Origin: the human T2T-CHM13v2.0 reference genome, Homo sapiens
DNA length: 64,000 nucleotides
Reading direction: 5' to 3' (one strand)
NCBI RefSeq assembly: GCF_009914755.1
Contig: NC_060942.1
The notes beneath the pieces were generated by a model. It worked only from the letters and a program-made list of their open reading frames with translations. It ran no database searches and was not told where the DNA came from. The translations under genes were made by a program, and so were the position numbers. Shown here piece by piece: positions 28,671 to 42,851 of this stretch (positions within the stretch are counted from its first letter, which is position 1; each line of letters begins with the position of its first letter).

Positions 28671-30344
28671 TGGAAGTATTTTTTCATGGCTGTGGTAGCA
28701 AGGAAAGAAAGGAGAAGTGGGATTCTCAGGACAATTCCTAATGCCTCCTCCAGGTGGGAACTTGGAATGTTGACTGACTTCTTCCTGTGCCTTTGAAAAA
28801 TCATTTAGGGGCAATAATAATAACCCATCACTAAAGTTGAAACCCAGTGATCTCAGCTGCCCCTATCCTTCCAGCCTCCAGGAGGCTGACCTGAGGTTCC
28901 TGATTTTGGGGCACCCCAAGCCAAGCTGGGAGTCAAGCTCTGGGGGAAGGAGAAGAGGCTTTCAAAGGCATTGTGTGGGGGACCTGCCCTGAGTACTATT
29001 TCTTTCTGACATGTGCCTGCACATGCACCATGGCAAGGTGAGAATAACCCCAGAATCCTGCCATGGGGATTCTGACTACACCAGGCTCTGTTCTGGAAGA
29101 GGAGGAAGAGCAAGTTGAGGTTCTGAATGTTAGTTCTGGTATCTTTTTCTTAGCTTCCTAAATAGCCCCAGTGGACATGACTGATTCTCCATTTGGATTT
29201 CAAGTACTTCCCTATACCGGTTTCCCTTTGTCTTCAACTGGACAATTTCTGATGCCTGAGAGTAGGGACCTGCATTTATCTTCTTATTTCTCCCCACAGG
29301 GCTGCCCCCAGAGGCTTCCCCTTCTCCTTCTCTCAACTCAGTCCTCCCTGCCTCCAGGGATTACTCAAATACTTTCCCAGGAAGCATCTGTGGGCTAATT
29401 CAACACAAGCTCATCTTCCCTGCTTCTGAAGTATGGCATTGGCAGTGTGAACTGATCACACAAAAGCCTGCATTGTTGTCTAATTTGTTCCCTGTGTTTC
29501 TTGTCCTTTCTTTGCTTGGGAGCTCTCCTAGGAATTTGCTCTTCCTTTGATCTCTGCCAGATCATCCAGCACAAGGTAGGGCACCTTTTATTTATAAGAA
29601 ACTTCAATGAACAATCAACAGTACCCTAGGGCATCAAGATCAAAACTGATGATCACCTTTGGAGCCTGACTGGGAGAATTATATTGCTTCTGGCAGCAAG
29701 AGAAACCTCTGGATGAGAAGCTAGTTTTAGAGGAAGATGGTAACATTTTCAACACAAGGAGCTTGAGAAGTATGTAGAACATGCAGATGCAGAGTTCTAC
29801 AACAAGATGGGAGCGGGGCCTGCCGATGCAGGACTCAGCATAGGGTGGAGATCTTCACTCCTATCAACACATATTCACTAAGCATAGCATTGGACCACTC
29901 TCAAAACAGTTGGGACCATGTATCAGGCATAAAAACTCTCCTCAGAGAGCAGCTAATCTCTGCAGAAGATGAGACATAGATGTGCTAAATAATAACCTAA
30001 GATACTTTAAGTAAAAGTACAAGAAAACAGAAGTGATGTGACTCCCAGTACATAATTAGTTGACATGTGAGAGATACAGTCGTTAAGTCCTATTTATTCC
30101 AAAGAAGGAGAAAACATTTTAGGCTGGGGAAATCCAAGTACAAGCTTGTGCTGAATCTTTAGGAATAGGAGAAAGGACGAGAAAATTCCAGATGGGTGTA
30201 ATTCATTAGCAAAATGGAGAGGTGGGGGTGCGCAAGTCAACTTTGGATATATTCAGAAATCTCACAGATTCCAATCATCTGCAGTATAAGGCCATAGTTA
30301 TCTATCTATCAAATTTTAACAAACTGTTTCGAAAACTGGTGTGG

Positions 30345-30565
30345 CGTTAAGGCACAGGTGCCTGGGTTATAAGCCTTTAGTCTGTCTCTACACCTGCTCC
30401 ACCACTTACTAATGACCTTGAATAAGACACTTAATATTTCCAAGTCTCTATTTCCCATCTGTATGACCAATACCCTGTCTGTGTTAAAGGGCTTTTGTGG
30501 AGGTCCAGAGAAAACATCTGTGAAAGTCCCCAAAACGCAGCAGTTAGTGGATGTTGGTTATTATG
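30345..30565 (+). mobile_element. MIR SINE
   Basis: CCACCACTTACTAATGACCTTGAATAAGACACTTAA..TTTCCCATCTGTA. Confidence 0.7.
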
Positions 30566-32239
30566 ATTTCCAACTTTCTTTGATACACACAGTGCCTTCT
30601 CTATTCTCTGAAGGCCTAAAGCCCCTATTCTTGTATCATACCTTCTTACCTACCTGTACCATCTGTTATTACCTCTTAATTCCTTCATGAGTTTGTAGGA
30701 GCTTCTTAATTATGTCATAAACCCACTGTGGACAAGGGCCTTGTCTTAGACAGTCACTGTGGGTACATGCTAGGTGCTCAAAAACTTGTTTCAATGATTG
30801 ATTTCTATATTCATGAGGATCAAAATAATCCCAAAGGAAACAGATCTTGGGGTTGACATTGACAGATGGGTAAGTAATGACAGGTAATGTTCAAAGGACA
30901 GAATGCCTGGTGAGGGCAATGATGTGAGATTGTGGCAGATTTTTATTTTTACTTTTTACTTTTCTGAATGCCTAATTCCCCCAGAACATTCTACCAGGTT
31001 TTGAAGTTGTTTATCGCCCTGATACTTTGTGAGAAAATCAAATGAAACAAAAACCAAAGGAGAAAATATCCATCCAACAGCTGGACAGCTCAGTTATTTT
31101 TAGGGACGGGAAGAGAAGTCAGTGTTTGGGACTCAGCAAAACATCCCACTCTGTTTGGAGTTGACCAGCCCTTGGAAATGCATGGCTCTAAGCATTTTCT
31201 CAGCTGCAACTCTCCAGCACATGTGTATTTGAAGGGAAACTTAATCCATCTTTTTCTGGTTCACTTATACTGAAGTCATCAAAAAAGCTGTTGACATGTC
31301 CTTTGCATGGCCCTGTTCTCTGTGAGTTTTCAGGAAATACCAACATAATCTTGAGGTCTTTTTGGTATCCCAGGGTTCTTGGGTTTTGTCTTCACTGGGA
31401 ACACAGGGAGAGTGGAGAATGCTTTGAACTAAAGTCATTCCAAATTTGCAAAGCTCTGCTCTTCCCTCCAGGAGTCTCAGTGGCTCCCAGAGTCTGAAAA
31501 TCTTGGAAAAAGAACAAAGTTAGAAGCATCTTCGAGATCTTAGATCTCCTGTCCTTGTTCCTAGCAGAGACTGAGGGATGGCCCAGGAGAGGGAGAAAGT
31601 GTTTCAGAGGCAATTTGGCCAGGAGACTAAGTTCAGGACAAAGAGAGTTTTGATTCCAGACAGTGTGACCTTGAGCAAAAGCAGTTCTTTTTTTTAATTC
31701 TTCAATTCCCCCAAATGTGGTAGGAGAGCGATATTGCAATTCTTGATCTCCTAGATATGGCTTGTGTGGTTAATGTGTGGTTTGTGACTTTAAGAAACAA
31801 AAATATCACAGTAAGAAATTATTGTTTTCCAGATACACAGATGGAAGTCCTGATCCTTTTGGTGATGTGTCTTCTGGGTATCCCATCTCTAGCACTGGGT
31901 GTGGACAATACTGAATTGAGCTTACTTTTTAGGCTTAGTGAGAGGTCCAGCTTGGGTGTGTAGCCCAAGCCCTGAGTGATATTAACTGATCCATAAAGGG
32001 AATGAGTGTTTCATAGCTGAGTCCCCTAGCCTCTCAGCTCAGGATGCACATTTGGGCAGGCATGGAAGGAGATTTGTGTCCCGTCCTGCATAGACATAGC
32101 TAATACCTCAATAGAGGAGAAAAATGTGTACACTCTCCCTAAAATTAAAAGCTGAGAAGGAACTTGGGAACTCACCACCTCATTTTTATTTTAAATATGG
32201 GGAAAATTAGACTGCAAGAGGTAAGATAATGTGCTTATC

Positions 32240-32430
32240 ACTTACTGAATATTGATTTTGTGCCAGCCCTATGCCTAAGTGTGATCATATTTAGCAGCAC
32301 TGGATGGATGATATTATTACCCTCATTTTGCAGATGAAGCAACTGGGGTGCAAAAGAGGGTGATAGCTGGTTCAAAGTCACTCAATGAGCATGTTGTGAA
32401 CTAGAATTTGAATTCAGCTCTGCCATACTT
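32240..32430 (-). mobile_element. MIR SINE
   Basis: ATTATTACCCTCATTTTGCAGATGAAGCAACTG..AAAGTCAC..AGAATTTGAATTCAG. Confidence 0.7.
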
Positions 32431-35400
32431 CAAAGATCAACTGACATACAGAACTAGCTAGTGAGGGACCAGAACACACAGAGTCCTGGATGTCTCAGCC
32501 AGGGAGTATTTCAAGATGTAGACATTGGGTTGTACCTGCAGCACGTATACCCTTTTATCTACAGCACCTGCCACTGTCTGGTCCACCATCAAGTTAGCTG
32601 CCTGGGGAAGAAACCTCCACTGCAGAGGTAGAGAGGGTGATGAGAGGCTTTGAGAGGTGGAGGTGGAGCTGAATCTCCCATCTTAGGGAAATGTGCAGGG
32701 GTAGCCCCTGTGGGTAGTCTTCCAAGACTCCAACATGCCCATCATGGGAGAGCAAGTAAGCTGAGGTTTAGAAGCCAGCAGACAGTAATGGTAAGTGAAT
32801 TCAAGGAAGAACCACCCCAGTACCATATCTGTAAAAGATATTTGTCACTTTCCATCTTGGTATCTACCCTTTTTTGTCATAACATACTAAAGAGTGGGGG
32901 AGTAGGAGGTATCCTAAGAGTAACAGAGCTCCCTCTCTCATCTCTTTGTCCTTTGAGCCATGGCCTGGCCAATGCTGGGGAGGGGAGGAAATGACACTTA
33001 TATTGGATATACCATGGAGTTCTAAGTAAGCCTCCATTCATTTGTACTTTTTAGTATTTGGAAGTGATTAGACAGCAATGAGATGTGCGTAGGTCATCAT
33101 TAAGGATGGAAAAGGGAATTTAACAGGACCTGTTTGAAAACAGGGATTGGAGAAAAAGCAAATCATTTCATGTCTGTGCCCTGTGAGTTCTGGATGCTTA
33201 ATGGACAGATTATCTTTCTGTTTTTCAATCCATCTGTCATATGGAGGGAATATAAAAATGGAACGTGTCCTTAGATAAGATTCTTCTCTTCCTCCTCTCC
33301 TCTTGAGCACATTTTGCTTGTGTCTGCACTCTCTGGTTTTGGCCAGAAGAAAAAGCCCAAGACACTAAGACATTGCCACATTGGCTATTATTTCCAGATG
33401 AACTACTCAGTACCAGAATGGCTAGACATGGAGGAAGTGGAAGAGAGAGAGAGGAAGAGAGGGAGGGAGACTGTCCTCACAAATGTCAGGGAGAGAAAGG
33501 GACAAGACAGAGTATGAGGGACAGAGGGAGTGGGAAGTGCTGCAAAGGGAAGAGAAGGTGGGGGTGGGGGGAAAGAGCCTGGAGAGAGGAAGGCAGTGGG
33601 GGAGGGAGGGAGGAGGGCAGAGTGAAAAGAGTGAAAGGGTGAGAAGGGGGTTTTGGGGTCAGAGCCAGAGCAGCTTCCTGCCAGGCCTGCTGCCCAGCAA
33701 GCTGCTGGAACATCTGCATCCTGGTGGGGGTGTTTCCAAATGGAGCTGCCTCTTCCTCTGACTTCTTCCATATGCATCTGTGTGCCTGCCCAGTTAGGCC
33801 TTTCCCAAAGTGCTTGCTTTCCCCTTACTAATCAGCCACTTGTGCCCAAACAGCTAACTCAGCTCTGGACATGGTCAATCCTGGGTTCAGCCAGGAGAAG
33901 AAGCGTTGCTATTGGGCATCACAACTCCAGGCTCAGGAGGAGCAGACAGCTGTACTAATGCTCCCCTGACCTCTTCTTGAGTAACTCTGGGGTTATTAAA
34001 TGAACACAGAAATAGGAGTCAGGGTCAGGGGGACAGAGTCCTGTGTGGTCTTGGCAAGTTGTGAAACTTCTCTGAGAGTCAATCCCATCATCTGTAGGAT
34101 AAGACACTGAAGACCCTTCTTAATGATTTTGGGAGAGATTGTAGGTCATGCAATCTTATTGTAGTATTCTTGATTATCTGACTTCTGAGCTTGGATAGAG
34201 AGAGTTTAGATGGAAGTTGGAAGCTGTTATTCCCTCCTCACCAACTTTCCTCTTTCTGCAGCATCTCAGATTTGTGGTAGGGTCTGACTGGAGGAGTCTC
34301 TGAAATTATGTCTATCCTGGAGAGGGGCTACCAGATGGTTTCAGGTGTCAGAGCCTAACTCCAGCCCTGAACAAGAGGGAAAACATGTCCTCTAGACTTC
34401 CCTAGCCACTGTGGTGCCCTCTTAGTTTCTTCTGGGGTCCCATCCCCGGGTGTCACCCTCAGGCAACTGCACCACTGCCTCTCAGCTGACAGATAATTAA
34501 TCACCGTGAAGCTGTCCCATGACCTAGAAGTTTCTAACTGCTATTAGATGAAAAGAGGTTCTTGTGCAGAAAAGAGATCTTGTGCAAATCTCACTTGGAA
34601 GTTCACTGTCCTTTTCCCAGATGGCCCATCTCCTGGTTCTTCCTTTCCTACCCTTAGCACCTTCTTTTCCCTGACTCCCACGGTGCCTGAGGACGATAGC
34701 CTTGGGGACAGAATCCTGGGCAGCCGGGTGGGGCTGGGCCACCTTTCATGGCCTTACTTCTGTGGGCATGGAGGGGGGTTGCAGGGGATCCACTCAACCG
34801 CTTGCTGAGAACAGGAGGCAGAAATGAAGGCTTGGCTGGTGGGAGATGCCTGGGAGGACACAGACAGTCCTCAGCTCCTGTTGTTGGATGTGGCCAGGGC
34901 AGCTCCTGTCATTCATCTTCTGGGGCTATCCACAGTGCTAGTGAAGCTGTCCTCTTGTAGAAGCAACCCCTCCCACCTAGGCTCTCCACTCCCACCCACT
35001 CTGCTAAGATTCTCCCCAAGGGGCCAGTGATTGGATAGGAACACTGTGCTCCTCCCTTGCAGCCTTGCAGGTTTATGGGGATCTAAACTAAGGAGACGAA
35101 GGTCCCTTTCTGGAATTTTGGGCCTCCATCTGCAGTGGCACCAGGCTTAAGTTCATATGGCCTCTTGAAATCAACCATTTTTAGGCCCTGACTTGGCCTC
35201 CTAAAAGCTCCCCGCTGACTCATGGAGTTAATGTGTCCGCAGGTGAGCACAGGAGACCTGGGAAGGTATGTCTAGCACTGAGGAAGCTCTAGCAGGAGAT
35301 CCTGGAGTGGGGGTCATTGTGTGAGATTTGCTACCCCCAGGGGCAGCACAGGTTGAAATGTAACTAGATGCCACGGATATACTTATGAGTCCATGGACTA

Positions 35401-35444
35401 TAAATCCCAACCACCAAAGTGGACCTTCAAGGCAGGAATGAGAT

Positions 35445-35655
35445 TACCATTTGTTGAACACCTACTATATGCCATTTGATATTCATCTACCCCTCACAAC
35501 AATCATAATAGGTAAGCATCATTGCTCCTCCTTAAAGATGACACAGGGGCTCAGAAAGATTGTGAAATTAGCCTAAGATCACATGTAGCACAACCGGCAG
35601 AGCTGAGACTTGAACCTGGTTAAGGGGGAACAGGCATGCTTGGCTCTTGACTGCT
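35445..35655 (-). mobile_element. MIR SINE
   Basis: CATTTGTTGAACACCTACTATATGCCA..CCTCACAACAA..GGCTCAGAAAG..CCTAAGATCACA..GGCAGAGCTGAGACTTGAACC. Confidence 0.8.
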
Positions 35656-36839
35656 CTGGGGAGTGGGATGAGGGAGACACCCGGGCACTGACCATCCTCT
35701 GCTCCCCGTGGGCTCCCCACTACCTCCCAAGTCCAGTTCTTAGGACTCTTCAAAGCTAGCGCCAGGCTCAGTCTTCTGGGAAAGTCACACATACCTCCTT
35801 CTTGCACCCTCTCTTCTCCACTGGTCATCTGGAGTTACTACAGGCAGGAAGAATTGAGTAAGTTAATTCTTCACATGGGACTCTTTCCTCTGCCTGGACT
35901 GAGGCTCCTGGCTGGCCTAGATGGGGCCTTTTCTGCTCTCCCTCCCTGACACTCTTGCCATGGTCCTTGCAGAGAGAGTAACTGAGTAACTAGTGTAGCT
36001 AAGCCACAGGGACTTTTTCTAGGCTCCCATTTGCCTGGCTCTGAGATAAACCAGCTTTGTCTAGCTGGATCCTTACTGAGCACAACAGAGCGCCTCACCC
36101 AGAGGAATGGCCGTTCACCCACATGGTCCTCACGTGCCACAGACAGGTGCAAGTTGCTGCTCTTAGCGCAAGAACTCTGTCTCCCACCTGGGCCCCAGGG
36201 AACTTGTCAGCCGTTCCTTCCTTTACCCGGATCTATATATACTGAGGACATGGTGCGGGTGGGTAAACGGAGTCACATTCACTATGACCACTTGCTGATG
36301 CACACAAACAACCTCTGCTAAGACACTTAGCTTCTCAGGTGGTGTTTCGTAGGCACTTTCCTGTAAGCAGTGATAAGTTAAGGGTGTCAGAGAATGCTTC
36401 ACTACCCTGTGTGTGACATGCTCTTGGTGAGGTCACAAGTAGGACTGTCAGGCAGTGTTTTTGGTGAAGTGGCTTTTTCTTGATTTTCCTTATAGCCCTC
36501 TTTCCCCCTTCGACCTGAGACATGGCCGGAATGAGAGGCATGTATGAGGGACAAGTGTCATGCTGGCCTCAAAATGACCTTCCTTCACTGACCACTCTTG
36601 CTCTGTCCTGGATTAAGCTTGGTTTCCTGACTTCTGCTTATTTTAAGAGGATTATCTTAAATAGGCACCTAGTGGAATTACCCTATCTTGTTGCCAGACC
36701 TGTCTCGATCCCAGCAAGCTAAGATGGAAAGCCTGCTTCTCTAAGCCCATTGCCTCTTTATCAAGCCCTCTGATGAGATCAGGTGCATTCAGGGTGATAC
36801 CGCTGTGGACTATTAAGTCCTCTGTGTTCCTTCTGCCTC

Positions 36840-37190
36840 TGGGCCTTCATTGTGTCTTCTCTCTTGCCCGAAGCAGGTAGAAATGCATGCCTGAGTTGTG
36901 ATGTCTGGGGGCACTTTTCCTCCACTCGAACCACCTAAATTCTACTTCTTCAAGACCTAGCAGAATCCTCACTGCCTCAAGAAGCTTCCCTTGATTATTC
37001 AGTTCTGCACTGTAGTTTCCTTGTTCAACTCACACTGCCCTTAGTCCAAACCACCCTTACCATCATGTGACCACTTTATCCTCACATTATTCTTTCTTCG
37101 TCCACAGTGGATGCCCTTGAGTATGTAATTCACTTCTCTTGCTTCTCTCAAAGAACTCACTGCTTGGCCAGTGCTCAGTGAATGTTTGAG
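36840..37190 (+). mobile_element. L2 LINE fragment
   Basis: TTCTACTTCTTCAAGACCTAG..AAGAAGCTTCCCTTGA..GTGCTCAGTGAATGTTTG. Confidence 0.55.
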
Positions 37191-39359
37191 GCCTGATTAA
37201 AAGCCAGGATTTGGCTGATGTGGGGCTGGGAGGTCCAGGTGGCCCAGCTCCCACCAATGATTAGCTCCTTTCTTTGTGCTGCCCTAAAATCCTGGCTTGG
37301 TTCATTAAGATGCAATAAGAAGTCTGGGACACTGGCATCTTCTGTTTACAAGCCACACTTCATTCGGTCCTGCCCTTGTTCCCTCAGCCCTGCAAGCACA
37401 AGTGTCTGTCCATCCCTTCCCGGTGTTGCCCTCCACCTTTAAGAGGGAAAATTTAGATGTATGGATTTTGGCAAAGGCTTAAAACTGGCAAGAAATAAAA
37501 AATTCAGCATACCCTTCTGCATATTTTATAACTCAGTCTAATGAAGAAATAATCCAAGATGGCACCTGCTAAGAAAACTTAGTTTATTGAAATATGACTG
37601 TAATATAGGAAAGATGGCTAATGCACTAGGCTGTGCGATATTAATGCCCTATACTTCAGCTGGTGTGTTTAAAAGAAGTCTCTCATGTATTTTATTTTAT
37701 TTTATTTTATTGGGAGCCATATCATTAGCTTTTAAAGACATTGTGAGTGAGAGAAGAAAAGAGATTTGGACTATTAAAAAAAAAAACAACAACAAAAAAA
37801 CCCTGAGCAACTCAACCTGCCTTTCTCTACAAATGAAACAAACCAAAAAAATATATATATTTTTTTCATAAACATTTTTTTTTCCGGCTGGGATATTAGG
37901 ACAGTATATTAAATTCCCCCAAAAGGAGGCCCTAGAACTATTTACATAATAATGTCTCCACTGTGGTTGTGACAGATGGGCTTCACTGATGCAGACATAC
38001 TGTTAGGGGCTTAGCAATAGATTAAAAAAACCACCACAATACTGTATAACATAATAAAAGTGTATTGTAATGTACATCATAACTTGTGGCCAAGGTTAAA
38101 TTTGCAGTCGGAGTATGAAAGTCGTATTCCATTATACAAAATAGATGTTACACAGAAAAGCATTAAAGATGAGTTGACTCAACCATTTATTTTTAGTTTA
38201 TATTTTATTCTATTTTCCTTGGCCTTATTTATGCAATATATTTGTAATCATATGAAATGGCATCGTTATGTGTCCCTTACCCCCACCTTGGACTGAGGGG
38301 CAGCCCGAGATCTTCAGACTCTCCTGGCTTTGTGGCTTCACATTCCAGGGGGCTTCAGGCTTTCCTCTGTTGGAAAATGGCTGATCATGTGTTTCTGTTT
38401 TTGCTTCATTCGGAGCTGCTTGGCACAGCTAAGGCCAGCAGTGGCCTCTGAGGGTGGCCTCTTTTGGTTTATGTGGAATCTTTGGAAACAAACTGTAGTT
38501 CTAGGGGCTTTCCCCATCCCATCAAGGGGTGACAAGGACATGAGATGTAAGTAGTCCCATTGAAGGTGGTCTATGAATAAAAGGTGACTGGGTTTTTCTT
38601 GTCCAGGACTTGACCACTGATTTCAGCTCAATGGTTCTGGTCCCCTGAACTGACCCTGAGTCTAGCAGCATGCTCTCCAAAGGGGAAGTAGCGTTCACTT
38701 TAGGCCAGCATGCTGATAATATTGTCAGATCCTTAAAGTGAAGAAAAAGTTTGGAGGCATACTTAAGACCCTAGGCAGAAGTTGCCTTTTATAAATAGAT
38801 TCTCTTTCCAGTGCCAGCTTAAGAAGTTTGGATTATGCTGTTTAAGGGAGGTGGCTTTTCCCTGCAAGGACTCAATCAATGCAGGCCCCAGATTCCACTC
38901 CAATTAAATGATATTAACCTTGATTTAAACAGCCTTTAATTCTGATATCTTTTGTTTTGGTCAAAGTCAGCAATCTCTCAGAAGATTCCATAGAGAGCAT
39001 AGCCTCTCAGTGTTCCATGGCAGATTTGGGAGTTTTAGGCATGCCTTTAACTAGAGGCCCTCCCTTGGGAGCCAGGAAGACAGAAGCATTAGAGAGACTC
39101 CCAGCCCAGGTGGGGAGCCCGGCTCAGGGAATTCAGTCTGGGCTCAGCTGGGGATGCCGGGTGTTTCTGTGGTGGGCAGACCATCAACCCTGGGGGGCCC
39201 AAGAAGCTGACAGCTGGTGACTCCTTTTGGGAGTAATCAAGCACCATCTTCTAGAAGAATTCTGTCCTGAATTCTTATTGCTGCAGATAATGGAACCTCA
39301 AGCATAATCTGAGCATACCTTCAAATAACCTGCATGTGGAGTTATTTGAAGTACTAGAA

Positions 39360-39683
39360 AAGCCCTATTGTCCATACTGAGACTCCAATAGAAATGTAAT
39401 GTGAGCCACATACATAATTTAAATGTATTAATATCCACATTAAAAAAGTAAAAAGCAGCAGGTGAAATTAATTTTATTAATATACTTTTAATATATGTAA
39501 AATCTCCAAATTTTAACAAAATGTTATAAAAATTATTGAGATATTTTACATCTTTTTCTTCATGATAAATCTTTGAAATCCCATGTTTATTTATACTTAA
39601 AGCATATTGTAATTGGGATGAGCTTTGTTTCAAATGCTCAGTGGTTGCACGTGGCTAGGGGCCACCATACCAAACAACACAGG
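39360..39683. mobile_element. MER33-like hAT-Charlie MITE
   Basis: CCAATAGAAATGTAATGTGAGCCACATA..TAAAAAAGTAAAAAG..GGTGAAATTAATTTT..TTTCAAATGCTCAGTG..GTGGCTAG. Confidence 0.8.
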
Positions 39684-40004
39684 TCCAACGGACCATTCTC
39701 CTCAGATGTCTGCTATTGTGGTGGACAAGGAGTAGATTAAGGGATTGTTACCCATTCTAAGTCAACTTTTAAGTGCTTCTGTTTTAATCCCTCATCAAAC
39801 TTTAGCAACAGTGATTGAATTTCCAAACCTCTTTCCAATCTGGCTGGGGTAGATACGAGCCAAGGATTTAGCATTGCGGATGGGGTTTCAGTTACTCAGG
39901 ACAGTTAGGAGGCAGCTGGAAAGATGCATTACCTAGACGGCCCTGAGCTATGAGGAGAACAAATAGTTGAGATGAGGAGGTAAGTGGTATCTAGGAAAGG
40001 CCTG

Positions 40005-40225
40005 GCTGTCTCACTACTGCTATAGTGAGAAGAGTAGCATTGGGATTGGCTGGCTGGATTTGCTAGCCAGGCTACATGACTTTAGAATAAATCACTAATC
40101 TCTCTGAAACTCACCTTTCTTATCTGTAACATGGGGACAATAAGCTCTTTCTTGCTTTCCTCAAAAGAGTATTGTGAAGCTTGAATTATGTAATTCATGG
40201 GAAGTGGCTTCTTGTAAACACTACA
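40005..40225 (+). mobile_element. MIR SINE
   Basis: ATCACTAATCTCTCTGAAACTCA..ATCTGTAACATGGGGACAATA. Confidence 0.65.
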
Positions 40226-42838
40226 GCACTGCTACAGAGTTAATTCAAGGGAAGCAGGTTTTATTAAAAGCTCGGCCCAAGTCAGGGAGTGTAGCGGGGG
40301 AGGAGGTGCCTCAATTGGAAAGGCAAAACTCAGATGGAAAACAATTAGAGACAGAATAGAATTCTGGAGGAGTGGTTCACACAGACAGTCCAGGAGCAGA
40401 AGTGGAGAGAGTGTGCAGTGTGAGCCTAGCAGGATGCAGAGGTTTGGACAGACAGAGAAGGACAGAGGAGAACATTCCTGGTGGAGGGCATAGCACAGAC
40501 AAAGGCCAAGAATGGACATGAAAAGCCATACACTGGGGGTATTAAGAAACTTCCTGAGTAGGACAGAAATAAAGGGCAGGGAGGGATGGCCCACAGGGTT
40601 CCTCCCCTTGGCAGCATCTTTCCTTAGGAATTAACCATCAGAGAGCCAACTTCTGATGCCCTTGTTTTCTGCCTTGCCCTGAAAGTAGGTCACCCATGGA
40701 TAGATGAGACCATCCCACTTGAGGTAAATATGGAATCTAACCACAGCCATGGTGTGGGTAGCTCTGATAATCACCAGGACGACTCTGGGCAGCTCAGAAA
40801 AGCTCTTATCTCAGACCATCTCTCTGCTTAAAGACTTGTCTCAGGAATACAGTTGGACAGAAGCACCAAAAGAAACAAAACTGTTGGACATTTCTAAAGG
40901 TCCCAGAAACTTCTGGCTTTCAAGCCAGTTCTTGTTTTAATATCAGGGTGTTTTCCATCATGAATCCACACAATATTACACATCCACACAATTCAGACTC
41001 TACCTGCCTGCACTGTAGATGTCCCTTCATTCCCTTAACAAGCACACAGATGTCCACCCCAACACATCATGCATGCAGGCACACATGAACACTCAAAAAT
41101 CACACATGCCTTGGCAACATAGAGGACAGAACTGCTCTAACTTGAGACCAGTGAATAAATGAAGACTCAAGGCCAAGATGCTGTATGACACTGTTCATCA
41201 AACACCCACACAGGTAGTTGTAGAAATGACACTGGGGCATTCGTGTTCCCTCTTCTTTCCTCTCCTGTTAATTCTCCACCAGCTCTAATTATACTTCAAG
41301 CTTTGGGGGTCCTTGCTTGCCTGTACCTTTTCTTTCTATTCTTAGGTATGCTTGTTTTCCAGGGTTCAGCTGGGTCCAGAAATGTGGAAGTTAGAAAAGA
41401 TCATATTACCTTTTGCAAACTGTTTTCACCAGTTTGGGTAAGGAAGAGGAGCTTCAAAAAGTTCCCTCTGCCTCAGGAGACCTCTGTCTTGACCAGGCCA
41501 TCTCCATTTCCTCTGCACTATTCCTGCCCTGACAAAAGGAATTGTTCTGTTTGAATTTGAATAATGTGCTATTCTCCAGTGTTCTCTTATTGGGCAGAAA
41601 ACTCAGGCTGTTTCTGGCTGCATCCTCTCTTCCATGTGATCTCTCCATTTAGTGCAGTGCTAGGCCCAACTCAGTAAGTACAGGATAGATGGATGGATAA
41701 ACACAACGTTGTTAGTTTGTACATTAATTCCATTTGCCAGTGAAATTTTAAGCCCTGGTTTTGTCCAGAGGCCTGACCCCCAACCTGGAAAATGGCAAAC
41801 CCAATTCCAGACAAATTCTTAACCCCAGCCCTGACTCCTGCAGCCATGATGACAGCGAGATGCACCAGAAGCACCACCATAGGTTCACCGAAAGGACCCA
41901 TCAAAGGCAACCGATGCAAGAATAGTCCCAGTGGTGCTGGAAAAATAAAGACAATGGAACAACTGATTAATTCAGGAGAGAACATTGTGCCACTGCCTAT
42001 TCTCTGACTCTCCTGGCAGCTGGGGTTCAGCCTTGCCCACAGAGTGTTCCTTAAGAGCAAGGACTGAAGTCACTTTTGGGTTCCAAGACTAAATTTCACC
42101 TCCAAAATTTAGATTCTGGTTAATTTGCACCAAAGTGGGAGGGCTACACAGACCCCAGGGGTCCCAATGACTATGACATTATGACTCCACTCTTCAGTAG
42201 GGGAAACTAGCATGTACTGTGTGCCATCTACGTGTCAAATATTGTGCCAGATATTCTCAATTGCAGGATTTTGCTTAATGGGTTTCACAACAATCCATGA
42301 CTTGGGATTATTTTGGACAGAACTGAGAGGCTCCCTAAAGTAAGCAGCTCACTGAGTGCCACACAGGTGGCTGCCAAACACCCAAGTCTGACACCTTTGC
42401 CCTGCACCAGTGGACAGACTTAGAATGGAGAAGAATGAAACGGACCAAATTGCTATAGAATAGAGTAAAACACACAGGATGGATTAGAATGGGATTAGAA
42501 GCATTTCCCATTTCCTCTTCTCTCCTCCCCAAAGGGTCTGATAAGCTCTTCCCACACCGAAATGGGACAACCCTCTCCAGATGATTTGCATTTTAAAGGG
42601 AGGTAAGCAGTTTGACAGGAAGTATCCCCAGTGGAGACTGGCAGGCACCTAATAGAGGGTGAGAAGCCAGCAAGAGGCTGGGGTGGAGAGGTCCTAAGGA
42701 CTTGTGAAGCTGCCCTGTGCTTTGAGCCTGTGCTTAAGGCTGTTTGTTCCTGATTAATTCCTTCCTCTGCCAGGCCCACTTCCCTCTGCCCTTTCTGTCT
42801 GGCTCCTCTATTTTCTTGCTTTCTTTTCAGGATTCCGA

Positions 42839-42851
42839 GTTGCTAGGCAAC
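42839..42851. promoter_or_regulatory. RFX X-box palindrome GTTGCTAGGCAAC
   Basis: Exact match to the GTTGCNNNGCAAC (EF-C/RFX) element. Confidence 0.6.

Noticed and set aside
39319-39351. 11-bp inverted repeat CTTCAAATAAC/GTTATTTGAAG
   Set aside because: Too short to interpret on its own.
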